From assembly GCA_032128375.1 (NCBI GenBank), contig JAQBGU010000197.1, positions 1-19,082 of the forward strand: DNA of 19,082 nucleotides. Reading direction: 5' to 3'. Positions 1-8,700 of the stretch are shown here, piece after piece. The notes beneath the pieces are model-generated. The model searched no databases, was not told the origin of the DNA, and saw only the letters and a program-made list of their open reading frames with translations. The position numbers and the translations under genes were made by a program. Every line of letters starts with the position of its first letter. The stretch's first letter is position 1. This stretch comes from Deltaproteobacteria bacterium (lineage in GTDB: Bacteria; Myxococcota_A; UBA9160; SMWR01).

Positions 1-534
1 CCGATGAACCGCGGTCCGCTCGGCGCCCGCTCGCTCAACCTGATGCTCCAGGCGGCGCTCAACCCCGGCACCGGACCAGCGGTCGAGCGTTTCGGCTGGA
101 CCTTCCGGGTGGGCGACAAGGTGATGCAGACCGAAAACGACTACGACAAGGAAGTCTTCAACGGTGATCTCGGCTTCATCGAGTCGATCGATACCGACGC
201 CCAGGAAGTGGACATCGCCTTCGACGGACGCTCGGTGCGCTACGACTTCGGCGAGCTCGACCGGGTGGCGTTGGCCTACGCCACCACCATCCACAAGGCG
301 CAGGGCAGCGAGTACCCGGCGGTCATCCTCACCCTGTCGACGCAGCACTACCCGATGCTGCAGCGCAATCTCATCTACACCGGCGTCACGCGGGGACGCA
401 GGCTGGTCGTATTGGTAGGGCAACGCCGCGCGCTGGGAATCGCGTTGCGCAACGCCGATGCGGGGCAGCGCTGGTCAAAACTGGAGGATTGGCTGCGCGA
501 GGCTGGGTCACGCGCCAACGAGTCTGCCTGGTAG
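1..534 (+). CDS. recD2: ATP-dependent RecD-like (RecD2/TraA family, SF1B) DNA helicase, C-terminal part; truncated at the left edge
   Basis: Frame is open from base 1. It contains FRVGDKVMQTENDYDKEVFNGDLG (SH3-like 2B region), LAYATTIHKAQGSEY (motif V) and RNLIYTGVTRGR (motif VI). Stop TAG at 532-534. Confidence 0.93.
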   Translation, partial: PMNRGPLGARSLNLMLQAALNPGTGPAVERFGWTFRVGDKVMQTENDYDKEVFNGDLGFIESIDTDAQEVDIAFDGRSVRYDFGELDRVALAYATTIHKAQGSEYPAVILTLSTQHYPMLQRNLIYTGVTRGRRLVVLVGQRRALGIALRNADAGQRWSKLEDWLREAGSRANESAW

Positions 535-553
535 AGCGCCCGCTCTACCAGGC
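526..553. terminator. Perfect 13-bp inverted repeat between convergent genes; probable bidirectional terminator or REP-like element
   Basis: GCCTGGTAGAGCG-CC-CGCTCTACCAGGC, extendable by G-U pairs to about 522-557. It overlaps the recD2 stop and ends about 20 bp from the GNAT stop. No U-tract. Confidence 0.55.
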
Positions 554-572
554 GGGCGACGGCGTGGTGCCG

Positions 573-1529
573 CTAGAAGCGATCCGAGGCCCAGTAGACC
601 GCGGAGTCGCCACCCACCAAATTCATCAGCAACTCGGCGTCGCTTACATCGCCTGGCAGCTGTGCGAGCGCCAGCAGGTACGGGCGGTCCATCACGCGCC
701 ACATGTTGTCGCCCCACTCCGTCGCCTGGACTGAGATGCCTGCGGTCTGCAACTCTTTGGCGAGCGCGGAGTCGTTGGTGCGATGTACCAGTAGCGCCCC
801 AGAATCCGGAGCGAACTCGCACAATAACCGAGCGAGTTCGGGGCGCCCGTCGGGCGCGCAGCCGTGTTCAATGATCCGCGAAAGGCCGAAGAAGTCGATG
901 CGTCGCGCGTAGGCGACGATCTTCCCGTTGCGCTCGACGACCCGAAAATCTTCGTGTGGGCTCCCTGCGTATCCGAGCTGAGCGAGCCAATAGCGACGAT
1001 TCCGGACGGTCGAGGCATTCGCGCGGAGGTTGTAGTAGTCATAGATGCGTTCGATGCGCTCGAGGTCGCGTTTCGCGAATGGACGCGAGACAACAGGATA
1101 TTTCTCTTCTGTCCGGGTCAGTGTCCACGTCGGACGGCTGATCTGCACCCAGTCCAGCCGCTCGTAGAACGATATCCGCGCAGCGAACAGCAGTGACAAC
1201 GCATGTCCCCGGCTCTCCATGTCTCGGACGGCATGCCGTAGTAGTTCCGTCGCGATTCCCCGGCGCTCGAATTGCGGATGCGTCGCGACACTGCCGATCC
1301 CACCAATCGATGCCACTTGGCCATTCAGGCGAATCGATTTTTCGAAAATCTGGGTCGAGCCGACGATCCGCGCAGCATCGAGCGCGATCCACGAGTCGTT
1401 CGCTCCGACCAGTGAGTCTGCGTGGAAATAGCGGACGAACTGCTTGCGTTCATCGAATGCGGCTTCCAGAAGGTCGAGCAGCAGCTCGTGCTCGCCGTCG
1501 CGCAGAGTGCGAAACTCGATTCCGTCCAC
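573..1529 (-). CDS. GNAT family N-acetyltransferase, Eis-like tandem-GNAT type (318 aa)
   Basis: IGGIGSVATHPQFERRGIATELL (acetyl-CoA motif A), LSLLFA...FYERLDW and C-terminal YWASDRF. GTG start at 1529 chosen because the ORF-track extension to 1646 overlaps the upstream gene. Confidence 0.85.
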   Translation of the reverse strand: MDGIEFRTLRDGEHELLLDLLEAAFDERKQFVRYFHADSLVGANDSWIALDAARIVGSTQIFEKSIRLNGQVASIGGIGSVATHPQFERRGIATELLRHAVRDMESRGHALSLLFAARISFYERLDWVQISRPTWTLTRTEEKYPVVSRPFAKRDLERIERIYDYYNLRANASTVRNRRYWLAQLGYAGSPHEDFRVVERNGKIVAYARRIDFFGLSRIIEHGCAPDGRPELARLLCEFAPDSGALLVHRTNDSALAKELQTAGISVQATEWGDNMWRVMDRPYLLALAQLPGDVSDAELLMNLVGGDSAVYWASDRF

Positions 1530-1560
1530 TGGAAAGTTGTAACACGGTTGCGGGCCCGGA

Positions 1561-1917
1561 TCAGGCGGGACTTTCGATGAGCAGCCGCAACGCGGCGCCG
1601 GCGAGAATGAAACAGCCGACCGCCGTGAACAGGAAACCGACGCCACCCGCGTAGAACCAGCGAAGTACGTGGAATCGCTCGTCGCGAGTCAACATGGGGT
1701 GAAGCGCGGTGGGTCTGACCCACCAATGCGCGGGCAGTTGATTGCGCGGACGCAGAGCGCGTCTCAATGCCACGTGATACCAGATTCCCGTTGGCACGCC
1801 GAATGCGAAGCCGCCAGCCACAAACAGTGCAGCCGCGTCGAGCACCCACTGTATGGGCGCCATCAGTGTGCCACACAGAAGAGATACGATCGACGCAACG
1901 ATGATCGTTTCAATCAA
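1561..1917 (-). CDS. Small hypothetical membrane protein (about 118 aa, about 3 TM helices)
   Basis: Hydrophobic segments flank G-x-P-T-G-x-W-Y-H and WW-x-x-P-x-x-L-H motifs. It fills the gap between hpnN and the GNAT on the same strand. TTG start at 1917 is inferred. Confidence 0.7.
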   Translation of the reverse strand: MIETIIVASIVSLLCGTLMAPIQWVLDAAALFVAGGFAFGVPTGIWYHVALRRALRPRNQLPAHWWVRPTALHPMLTRDERFHVLRWFYAGGVGFLFTAVGCFILAGAALRLLIESPA

Positions 1918-2003
1918 CGGATCGCTCGGAGGACGTTCATGAATGGCCCGGGCCAGGAGTTGCGCGGTAGAGAGCCAGCCTGTCCGCAGACCGTGAAGAC
2001 GCC

Positions 2004-4694
2004 CTAGAGGCTGCCGATGGCGGCAGAGGATGTTTCGTTTACGCGACTGCCGCTGCGAAGGCTCCGCCACTCGATCAATGGGGGCAACACGACGAGGTTG
2101 CACAGGACCGTCAAACCCATCCCGATCGTCAGCACGATGCCCAAGCTCGCCAGGCCCCGGTGCGAAGAGAACGCGAGCGTCCCGAAACTGACGGCCGTTG
2201 TGATCGCGCTGTAAAACACCGCACGCGCGGTCGTGGTACCGAGCAGCGAACCTTCAGACGGTCTCAGCTGGTTCGAGCGATCCACCAGGTGGATTCCGCT
2301 GTCGACACCGATGCCGAGCAGCAGAGGGATCACGATGATGTTCGCAAAATTGAAGGGCAGATCGAGTAGTACGATGGCCGCACACGTGAGCGTCGAACTC
2401 AGCAGCAAAGGGGCGAAAACCAACAGAACGTCGGAAACCCGTCGCCACAGAATCCACAGCAATATCGCGATGCAGAAGATCGCGGATAGCAAAGCCTGGC
2501 GGAACGAGGATTTGGTGGCCTCAGCGAACTCGACCAGATTGATCGCAACGCCTGCCGCGTTCGGGCTCAGCGCGCGAACGTCGGAGACGAACTGGGCGAA
2601 TGCGGGCCCGTCGGCCAGCGAGTCGCGTGGGTAGATCTGAACGCGGGCGCGTCCATCGGGGGCAACCAACCGGGCGACGAGCGACGCCGGAAGGTCGTCC
2701 ATCGTTATGGGTTGCGGTGTGAGTGCGAGTCGCAACCGCGCCAGCTGCGTCGGTAACCCCGACAGCAGGATTTTCTCCAGGCTCGCAAGCGCGACTTCTG
2801 TGTTCTGATCGCGTCCTATCTTGTCGAGAAACAGGCCGAGTTCCTCTCGGAGCAAGCGCATGCTCACGAGCAGGGGAGAATCGCCGCGGGTGGCGCCAGC
2901 TCGTCCGAGGAATTGGTGGAGCGCGCGAAGTGCGTCGACTTGCGCCTCGACGGGCAGGTGGGACGCGGTATCCGTCGAGGGCAGTTGCTTGGGCAAAAAG
3001 TACGAGATGTCGGCGAGGATTTCGCGTTTCTCTGCCTGGTCGGCCGGAATGTAGTTCTGCAAAGTAATGGTCTGTGCCACGCTGTCGAGTTCATCGAGCC
3101 TGGCGCTCAATGCACCGGCACTTTCGAGGTCGGGCGCCACCGCGTTGACGAACCAGGGCGATGCCATTCCGGATTGGTCGAGCAGGTCGTTGAATGCCTG
3201 CACCGATTCCGTGTCCGGGTTTCGCATGTTGAGAACATTCGAATCGAAGCGCACGCCCGGAAGCATGAAGAGTGCCGCGACACCTGCGACAGCCGCGCAG
3301 CGGAGAATCGACTTGCTGTGCCGTGACAGCAGCGGAACCGCAGCTGGGTTGAAGCGCAGCTGGCCCGACACCCGCGAGCTCGAATCCAACGGGAGCCACG
3401 AAGAGAGCAGCGCTGGAATCAGCGTCAGGGTCAGAAAGAAGATGAACCACATTCCGACACCAGAAATGAGTCCGAGTTCAGCCACGCCCCGATAGTCGGT
3501 GGGGACGAACACGAAGAAGCCGATGGCTGTGGTCACTGCGCACAGTGCCAGGGAACTCCCTACTTCTTGGACCGAATCGATTTGGGCAGCGAGGTTGTCG
3601 CGCCCATCGCGGATCGCATCGGCGTAGCGCATCGCGAAATGGATGCCGAAGTCGACACCCAGCCCAATGAACAGCACCGCGAATGTCACCGATACCAGAT
3701 TCAGATAGCCGACCGACACTGCGGCGAAAGCCGCCGTCCAGATCAAGCCCGTGAGGAGTGCGGCGATAGCGGTGACGACGAGCCGAACCGAGCGAAGCGC
3801 GAGCCAGAGTATGCCGACCACGAGGCAAAAGCAGAAGACTCCGGCTCCACCGACGTCCCAGGCGATGCCGACCATCTCCTCATAGTTCAGGGCCGGATTT
3901 CCGGTGATTCGAACCGTTATGCCCCGCTCCGGGGCGAACCCGGCTTCGGCGACAAGGCTGCGAACTACGCCGAGCGGTACGCTCGCTGAAAAGACATTCT
4001 CGAAGTCGAGGATCGGGTGTGCCACGATCACCCGACGCTTCATGACCTCGAGTGGCGAACCCCGCAACAGCAGTTCTTCCCACGAGATCGCGAGCGGATA
4101 CTCGTTGTAGACTTCGACGGTCGCCCGGCTCACGCGGTCGAGGACAGCGGACCATTGACTGATGTCGTCCGGTTGATCGCCGACCCGGTCGAGCCCTCGC
4201 TCCACCAGCGACGCGAGGTTCGCGATGCTTCCGTCCCGTTCGAGCTCGGCAAGCAGGGGTTGAACGCGCGCCATCTGATCGGCGAAGTCATATAGCTCAT
4301 CGACTTCGCGATACAGCAGGCTGTTGCGGTCGAAGAAATCGCCGGCGCCGGGCAGATACACGTCCGTGAACGCATCCGTGCTGGCGGCGAGTCGATCGGT
4401 GAGCAGCTCGGCGGCATCTCGAGCGAGTTCGGGGGTCTCGCCGTCGACGACGATGAGCAATGCGTTCTCGAGGTTCGGAAACAGCGCTGCGAACGCTTCG
4501 TGATTCTGGCGAGACGGCAGATGCGCTGCGATCAAGCGGACGTTGTCCGAGTTGATCCGCAGATGCGTTACCGCGTAACCGAGCAGGGCCAGCGTGACCA
4601 ATCCTGTCGCGACCACGACTGTCCGCGGACGACGCTGAACGAATCGGACCCAGCCGACGAGCGCATCGACGATGAGTTGGTTGGTGACCTTCAT
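2004..4694 (-). CDS. hpnN: MMPL/RND family lipid transporter, hopanoid-associated HpnN type (896 aa)
   Basis: Two MMPL halves with VLFIGLGVDFGIHF and PLLLGIGVDSGIHLV. HpnN-like FFDRNSLLY, QPLLAELERDGSI and DGRARVQIYP segments. ATG at 4694 has a GAGGT RBS. Confidence 0.85.
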   Translation of the reverse strand: MKVTNQLIVDALVGWVRFVQRRPRTVVVATGLVTLALLGYAVTHLRINSDNVRLIAAHLPSRQNHEAFAALFPNLENALLIVVDGETPELARDAAELLTDRLAASTDAFTDVYLPGAGDFFDRNSLLYREVDELYDFADQMARVQPLLAELERDGSIANLASLVERGLDRVGDQPDDISQWSAVLDRVSRATVEVYNEYPLAISWEELLLRGSPLEVMKRRVIVAHPILDFENVFSASVPLGVVRSLVAEAGFAPERGITVRITGNPALNYEEMVGIAWDVGGAGVFCFCLVVGILWLALRSVRLVVTAIAALLTGLIWTAAFAAVSVGYLNLVSVTFAVLFIGLGVDFGIHFAMRYADAIRDGRDNLAAQIDSVQEVGSSLALCAVTTAIGFFVFVPTDYRGVAELGLISGVGMWFIFFLTLTLIPALLSSWLPLDSSSRVSGQLRFNPAAVPLLSRHSKSILRCAAVAGVAALFMLPGVRFDSNVLNMRNPDTESVQAFNDLLDQSGMASPWFVNAVAPDLESAGALSARLDELDSVAQTITLQNYIPADQAEKREILADISYFLPKQLPSTDTASHLPVEAQVDALRALHQFLGRAGATRGDSPLLVSMRLLREELGLFLDKIGRDQNTEVALASLEKILLSGLPTQLARLRLALTPQPITMDDLPASLVARLVAPDGRARVQIYPRDSLADGPAFAQFVSDVRALSPNAAGVAINLVEFAEATKSSFRQALLSAIFCIAILLWILWRRVSDVLLVFAPLLLSSTLTCAAIVLLDLPFNFANIIVIPLLLGIGVDSGIHLVDRSNQLRPSEGSLLGTTTARAVFYSAITTAVSFGTLAFSSHRGLASLGIVLTIGMGLTVLCNLVVLPPLIEWRSLRSGSRVNETSSAAIGSL

Positions 4695-4721
4695 GTGGAC
4701 CTCACCCCGAGCGAGGGATAG

Positions 4722-4736
4722 CAAAACTGTGTTTTG
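4722..4736. promoter_or_regulatory. AT-rich palindrome, candidate repressor operator upstream of hpnN
   Basis: CAAAAC-TGT-GTTTTG is a perfect 6+3+6 inverted repeat about 28 bp upstream of the hpnN ATG, in a GC-rich background. Confidence 0.4.
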
Positions 4737-4827
4737 GAAGCCCGTCCCGCGCAATGATGGAGGGAGTACACCACGAGCTGGGTTCGCTACCCGCGGGGAG
4801 CCTCGCGCGCAACGGCCCTCGGCATAC

Positions 4828-4844
4828 TGCCAAAGTTCTGCCAG
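4828..4844 (-). promoter_or_regulatory. Candidate sigma-54 (-24/-12) promoter facing hpnN
   Basis: Minus strand reads CTGGCAGAACTTTGGCA, giving GG-N10-GC spacing with a TGGCA -24 box and an imperfect -12 box (TGGCA versus TTGCA). Confidence 0.3.
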
Positions 4845-4883
4845 AGGTACACCACAGGTACGCCAGAGGCACGCCAGAGGTAA
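4829..4883. repeat. 11-bp degenerate tandem repeat, 4 good copies plus 1 degenerate copy (consensus GCCAGAGGTAC)
   Basis: gccaaagttct|gccagaggtac|accacaggtac|gccagaggcac|gccagaggtaa in the hpnN/cobB divergent intergenic region. Confidence 0.85.
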
Positions 4884-4936
4884 CAAGCATGGTGGAATCC
4901 GGCCCATCATTGCTCGGCCGCGGACCGGGTGTCCCG

Positions 4937-4953
4937 TAGAATACGGCCGGAGG
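4937..4953 (+). promoter_or_regulatory. Probable -10 box (TAGAAT) and RBS (GGAGG) of cobB
   Basis: TAGAAT at 4937-4942, GGAGG at 4949-4953 and TTG start at 4963. Confidence 0.5.
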
Positions 4954-4962
4954 CAGAAAAAC

Positions 4963-5742
4963 TTGAGTGACACCGATCACGATATCGACAGGAACATCGA
5001 AACAACGCGGTCCTGGGTCGACGCGTGCAGTCGCATTGTCGTCTTGACCGGGGCCGGCATTTCGACAGATTCCGGCATTCAGGATTTTCGCGGGCCCAAA
5101 GGACTCTGGACGTTGAATCCGGCGGCCGAGAAAATGTCGACGCTTCAGCATTACGTCGCCGACCCCGAGGTGCGTAAGCGCCGCTGGCAGAGTCTACTGG
5201 AGACCTCCGGGCAGCGGCGAATACCCAACGCCGGGCACCATGCCATTGTCGATCTCGAAAAACGGGGCAAGCTCGAATTGCTGATCACGCAAAACGTCGA
5301 TGGGTTGCATCTCGATGCCGGAACGTCCTCCGATCGGATCGTCGAGATTCACGGTACCTTCCGCGAGGTCGCATGCCTCGTGTGCGATGAGCGCGCGCCG
5401 ATGGAACGGGCACTCGATCGAGTTCGAGCGGGTGAAGACGACCCCGGCTGCCGTAGCTGCGGCGGGATCTTGAAATCCGCCACGATCTCGTTCGGCCAGG
5501 AGATGATCGAAAAGGACCTGCTTCGCTCCTTCGAGACGGCCGGAGAGTGCGAGATGATACTCGCGGTCGGTTCGACACTCGGCGTCTTCCCGATCGCGAA
5601 CGTAGTGCCGATCGCACAGCAGGCGGGAGCGCGCATCGTGATCCTGAACGGCGAGCCGACCCAGATGGACGCAATGGCAGACATCGTCATTCGGGGTTCG
5701 ATCAGCGAAGTGTTGCCACGCCTGGTCTCGGCACAGCACTGA
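4963..5742 (+). CDS. cobB: NAD-dependent protein deacylase, Sir2/sirtuin family (259 aa)
   Basis: GAGISTDSGIQDFRG, TQNVDGLH, the catalytic EIHG motif, Zn-finger CLVC...CRSC, VGST and ILN. TTG start with a GGAGG RBS. Confidence 0.93.
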   Translation: MSDTDHDIDRNIETTRSWVDACSRIVVLTGAGISTDSGIQDFRGPKGLWTLNPAAEKMSTLQHYVADPEVRKRRWQSLLETSGQRRIPNAGHHAIVDLEKRGKLELLITQNVDGLHLDAGTSSDRIVEIHGTFREVACLVCDERAPMERALDRVRAGEDDPGCRSCGGILKSATISFGQEMIEKDLLRSFETAGECEMILAVGSTLGVFPIANVVPIAQQAGARIVILNGEPTQMDAMADIVIRGSISEVLPRLVSAQH

Positions 5743-5781
5743 GCGCACGCCTCTCGGTGACGAGGCGCCGAACGATGCCGA

Positions 5782-8700
5782 TCAGAACGTGTAGCGAAGT
5801 CGCATGAACACTTCGTCTCGATCCTTGACGACTGCGAGCCCGTTTTGGACGTACGATCTGTACAAGCCCTTTCCTGCGCCCGCGTTCGCGAAGCCGGCCG
5901 GCGTCAACGGATAGGGTCGCTTTTCGGTTCGTCCGTAAAACCAGGCCAAGCCGACCGTCGCAGAGAAGCGCTCGCTGTAGCGATACGTGACACTGCTCAG
6001 CGCGGCACCCGACTTCGATTGAAAGTCGCGAACCACCGTCAAGCCCGGGGTCAGCCGGTCCTGCCAATAGCCGGTGAAGATGCTGAGCGTCGCGAGAGCA
6101 TTGACCGGCCCGTTGAGTGCCATGCTCTCGCGGTGCTGAGGGATGTAGCGCAAGAAAAGCTGGCTATTGATGAAAAATGTTCGGTTGGCGTTCAGGAAGT
6201 TGATGAATGTGCTGCGATCGACTGACATGACGAGGTTGATCTGGTCGACGGAGCGGCGGCCATCTCTTTCATCGAAATCCGCGACTTTGACGTCCGATAA
6301 CCAGGAGAGTTCCATCGCCCAGGCGGTCTTCGTGTAGTCCTCGGTGAAGTCGAGTGCGAAGCCGAGCACATTGCGCTTGTTGCGTCGCAATCCGACCACC
6401 GCGCCGGAGTGCCAGATGAAATCGCGGCGGCCGTATCGCTCGTTACCACCCGCCAGAATCGCGTTGCTCTGCGTTCCGGTCGTACCCAGAAGCGCTGCGA
6501 CGTTCGCGCATAACAGGGGTTTGCGCAACGAACAACCGTCTTGTCGATAGGGCTGACGGAAATCGAACTCGTTGAAGTAGGGATCGCGGTCGGACAGCGT
6601 GTCGGGCTCTGGAAGGCCGGTCACGTTGTCGATGACGTCGGGCGGCGACGACGTGATCACGAACGTCATCAGCGCGTTGAATGACAGCGCTGCCAGCTCG
6701 CTGCTGAAAAACTGGTTGTCCACGCCTGGGCAACCGAAGCCGAGACAAACTCTATCGGGTCCGAAAAATGGATGCTTGAATACGACCCCGATCTCTTCAT
6801 GAGCTTCCAACTCCGATTCTGACAATTTCCTCGGGTCGACCACGACGGACATCCCTTCGAACATGATCTCCGTGGAATCGAGGGTGTCCCTGCAAGCCTC
6901 GAGCCGCCCTCCGGGGCCCAACTCGGCTCGCGTGCAGACCAGTGGGTCGACGAAATCGAGCGTCCCCGGTTGAACACCCAGCCAAGTGTCCCAGTCGGTT
7001 CCGTCGGTTCCTTCGATTCCGGGCCACGACTGGAAGAACATACTCGCCTCGGTGTTGAACAGGTCGAAGCCAGTGACATCACACGGGTTTCCAAAGAATA
7101 CTCCGCAGCCAAGCAACGCCTCTTCAGCGTCCGTGAGATACGCCGCGAGGCCCGCGCCGCGGAACAGGTCGCCTTCGAACAGCACGCCAACCAATGCGTA
7201 TTGAATTCGCCCGTTTGGACGGCCGTCGTTCTCGAGCAGCACCCGGCTGGCCTCGGGCTCCGGCAGCGTTTCGCCCGGGTTCGTCAGCGCAAACAGGTCC
7301 TCTGCTGTGAGATCTGCTCTGCGCTTGTTGAGTCTCACGAGCGGTGGTGAAAACGGGTCCTGGAAGCGGGCGATGGCATTGAACACCGCCTGCCCGGTCA
7401 CGACGGCTTCGAGGAACCCGCCTGCGGTGCCACCCGTCAGCAGGCTTCCGAAGGCAGACGAATACAGCGGAGCGCCCGCGAAGTCGCTGGCAACCGTGGG
7501 GCTGTTCCAGACCGTGAATCCGCAGGCCGAAGGCAAGAAATCCAAGCCGACCGTCGACGCACACAGGGTCGCGAAGATCTGTTGATTGGAGGAATGATTG
7601 TTCAGCACGTCTGCACGTTGTAGGGGGTTGAGCGGAGCGCTCGTAAGGGACTCGAGGATCCGGAAGGCGTTGTCGCAAGCTGATTCCAGCGGGTTGCAAA
7701 CACGGATCGAAGGCGCGCCGAGACAGTCGTACTCCGTGCCGTCGCGGCATATCCCGCGGGCACCGGCAATTCTCGGTCGACCGGAAACCGGATCGACGTT
7801 GCGCTCGAAGACGTTCAACTGGTCGACGTAGGGGAAGTCGTCGTATCCGTAGTAGTCCGACAGCGAGAAGCTGAAGCGGCCAGCGCGCCACTCGATCCGG
7901 ACGCCGCCCTCCAATCCTTTGACATCGTCCCACGGGTCAGGCGGGCGAACCTCGCCCGCCAGGCCCGTGCCGGTGAGTGCGTGGGCCAACATGCCCGCCG
8001 AAATGCCGCAGGTGAGTATCGGGGAGTAGGGTTCTCCGCAGCGGCCGAGATCGGCTGGTTCGTATTGGTCGAGCAGTACCGCTGCTTCGATCCGCAGGTC
8101 CTGGATCGGACCGAAATCACCGATCGACAAGATCATACGCGCCGCCCACATGGGAATTCGAGACTCCTCGAGCGAGGGCAGCGACGCGAGGCCGAGATCC
8201 TGTGGGTTGAACTGGTCGACGGCGCGAAACAACTCGGTTTTGCCCCAGACGATCACCTGCTTGCCGAAGCGTCCCCAGAGCCTGCTGTCGAGTACGTCGA
8301 TGTCGAGGTACGCCTCTCGCAGCTCCCGATCGTCACTCTGGCTGGCACCGTGGTTCCAGGCGAGATCGGACTGACTGAAGTTTTGATCGTAGACCTGCGC
8401 TCCGTCGTCGAGGAATCGCTTGAGCGCTTCAGTCGGGTAGTAGAGACCCTGTGACTGCTGAATGTCTGACCTCTGGGTGAAGCGATTCGCCGTCGCTGGA
8501 CGAAATGCCAATTCGGGAGTGCCCTCGGTCAGAGCCGGCATGCCCGTGACCGGATCGGTTGCGATCGGTGTCACCACGACGCTCGGCAGGATACCCTCAC
8601 CGTCGAGTCGATCCGCGGCGTACGGGTTGGGTCGATCCGCCAACGCGCCGTACGCGACGATCCGGTCGATGGGCCTCCACGGGCCAAGAACGGAAGTGCC

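Noticed and set aside
1..534. recD2 as the edge of a mobile element (third codon positions look more GC-rich than in neighbours)
   Set aside because: Only an impression from a short stretch; no integrase, att site or tRNA is visible, and recD2 is commonly chromosomal.
4672..4973. Long N-terminal extensions of HpnN (to 4973) and CobB (from 4672) in the ORF track
   Set aside because: They would overlap each other head-to-head; better starts with RBS exist at 4694 and 4963.
4963..5742. Sirtuin as an anti-phage SIR2 NADase (ThsA, DSR or pAgo-associated)
   Set aside because: It is a stand-alone 259-aa canonical deacylase with a Zn-finger, and there are no TIR, Argonaute or HerA neighbours.
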